DNA of 63,279 nt, the filler included, from Octopus bimaculoides (taxonomy: Eukaryota): assembly GCF_001194135.2 (NCBI RefSeq). It is 4 parts of 4 records of this genome, joined end to end, with 100 filler letters (N's around TTAATTAATTAA, not from the genome) between each part and the next. Parts side by side here need not be neighbours in the genome. Positions count along the whole stretch, not along the records: positions 45,075 to 61,957 come from NC_068993.1; positions 62,058 to 63,279 come from NC_068985.1; 2 more parts are not named here. The stretch is one strand, 5' to 3'. Numbering within the stretch: position 1 is the stretch's first letter; every line of letters begins with the position of its first letter. The notes below the pieces were generated by a model that ran no database searches, was not told the DNA's origin, and saw nothing but the letters and a program-made list of their open reading frames with translations. Below, piece by piece: positions 61,880 to 63,279 of this stretch. The position numbers and the translations under genes are program-made.

Positions 61880-61957
61880 AAGACACACACACATGCACAC
61901 ACACATACACATGTATGTATGTATGTATGTATGTATGTATGTATGTATGTATGTATG

Positions 61958-62057
61958 NNNNNNNNNNNNNNNNNNNNNNNNNNNNNNNNNNNNNNNNNNN
62001 NTTAATTAATTAANNNNNNNNNNNNNNNNNNNNNNNNNNNNNNNNNNNNNNNNNNNN
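61958..62057. other. Artificial scaffold-join spacer
   Basis: 44 N + TTAATTAATTAA + 44 N. Confidence 0.95.
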
Positions 62058-62189
62058 TTAGCGGTTCGGCAAAAGAGACCAATAGAATAAGTACTAGGCT
62101 TCCAAAGAATAAAGTCCTGGGGTCGATTTGCTCGACTAAAGGCGGTGCTTCAGCATGGCCGCAGTCAAATGACTGAAGCAAATAAAAGA

Positions 62190-62190
<1 letters not shown>
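62058..62190 (+). mobile_element. SINE family D 3' end
   Basis: Matches 11150-11296. Confidence 0.85.
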
Positions 62191-62225
<35 letters not shown>

Positions 62226-62231
<6 letters not shown>

Positions 62232-62387
62232 GGCGAGCTTCTTTCAGTTTCTGTCTACCAAATCCACTCACAAGTCTTTGATTGACCAGAGGCTATAGTA
62301 GAAGACATTCGGCCAAGGTGCCACGCAGTGGGACTGAATCCGGAACCATGTGGTTGGGAAGCAAGTTTCTTACCACACAACCACTCT
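62226..62387 (-). mobile_element. SINE family D 5' half
   Basis: Reverse complement of 10905-11065. Confidence 0.85.
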
Positions 62388-63279
62388 TACACCTATTACC
62401 ACACAGCCATCCCTGCGCCTATTGTGTATATATACATGCATATTCTACACGTATTTTTGCATAATCATTCCAAGCAAGGCAGAAAAGGAACACCTTTACA
62501 ATGACTTGGTTTGCTAGAAATAGAAGCCCTATTTCCTTCAAACTTCACCCAATAGTTCTAGAAATTGAAGACTATGCTGGTTAATTTACAGCTGAATATG
62601 AAATACACCAGAAGAGAAGATATGTATGTTGTGAATGGAACGCCCCTTGGACGATGAAATTTTGACACAAACACGTACAGCAATACGCCATTCAGCGTGA
62701 TATCACACTGACGACTGTATGGAAGAATAATTAATTATTAAATTTAATTATGTGAAAGAATAATGACGTTACTAATGTAATTGTCCGTCTGTCCTCATCG
62801 ACGATGATGGAAATGTCATTAACCAGTGTCAATTAAAACACAATTAACGAGTAATTAATGTTAAGAGAATTCCCACGTGATACTAACTATACTTTGATTC
62901 TTAGCCAAAATGTGAAACTATTTATCAATTACAACATAGAGAAAGTGAAAGAGATAGAGTGAGAGTGTGAAAAAAGAGAGAGAGAGAGAGAGAGAAAGTA
63001 AGAGTGTGAGAGAGAAGAATTATTTTCTAGAGTTCATTCGAGAGGTTCACCTTTTTCATTTATACTTTCTTACATCAATTTTTTCATAACATGTGAGGGA
63101 GCCAACAAAGTAGTCCCTGTGTGATGGCCCGACCGGCTAGAAATAGCAGCAAAATATCTTTCAAGTTACAATTTTGAGTCTTATAAACAAGCGGAGACAT
63201 ACGAAAATATAGACTTTGGTATGGAAAGAAAGGTGGAATTTTTACAAATTCAACGCCTTTAACCTTGGGCTGCTTGAAC

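Overview
This is AT-rich, microsatellite-dense animal DNA from a gapped draft assembly. The SINE, LINE and microsatellite complement suggests a coleoid cephalopod, probably Octopus (inference). I cannot support any host protein-coding exon; almost all listed ORFs are translations of microsatellites or N-runs. Three identical artificial spacers (44 N + TTAATTAATTAA + 44 N at 20530-20629, 44975-45074, 61958-62057) split the window into four pieces that may not be truly adjacent. Content: about 9 decayed fragments of R4/Dong-like RLE non-LTR retrotransposons, mostly embedded in (TAA)n; a decayed Ty3/Gypsy element; a probable RTE remnant; several tRNA-derived or RTE-tailed SINE families; a recurrent ~530 bp non-coding element; five MITEs; a Helitron/HINE-like element; and a U6 retrocopy fused to a SINE 3' half. 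The main discovery is three unrelated short repeat families that each carry a minimal type-I hammerhead-ribozyme fold with a palindromic, dimer-dependent stem III, of the kind known from Penelope-like elements. They are a 152-bp tandem/fold-back array (33013-33629, retrozyme-like), a tRNA-headed SINE inserted head-to-head with a 12-bp TSD (7741-8269), and a pLTR-like repeat (53889-54074). All three have an extra A after A9, and a non-canonical U at core position 6 appears in each family. All alignments and folds were done by eye; activity is untested.
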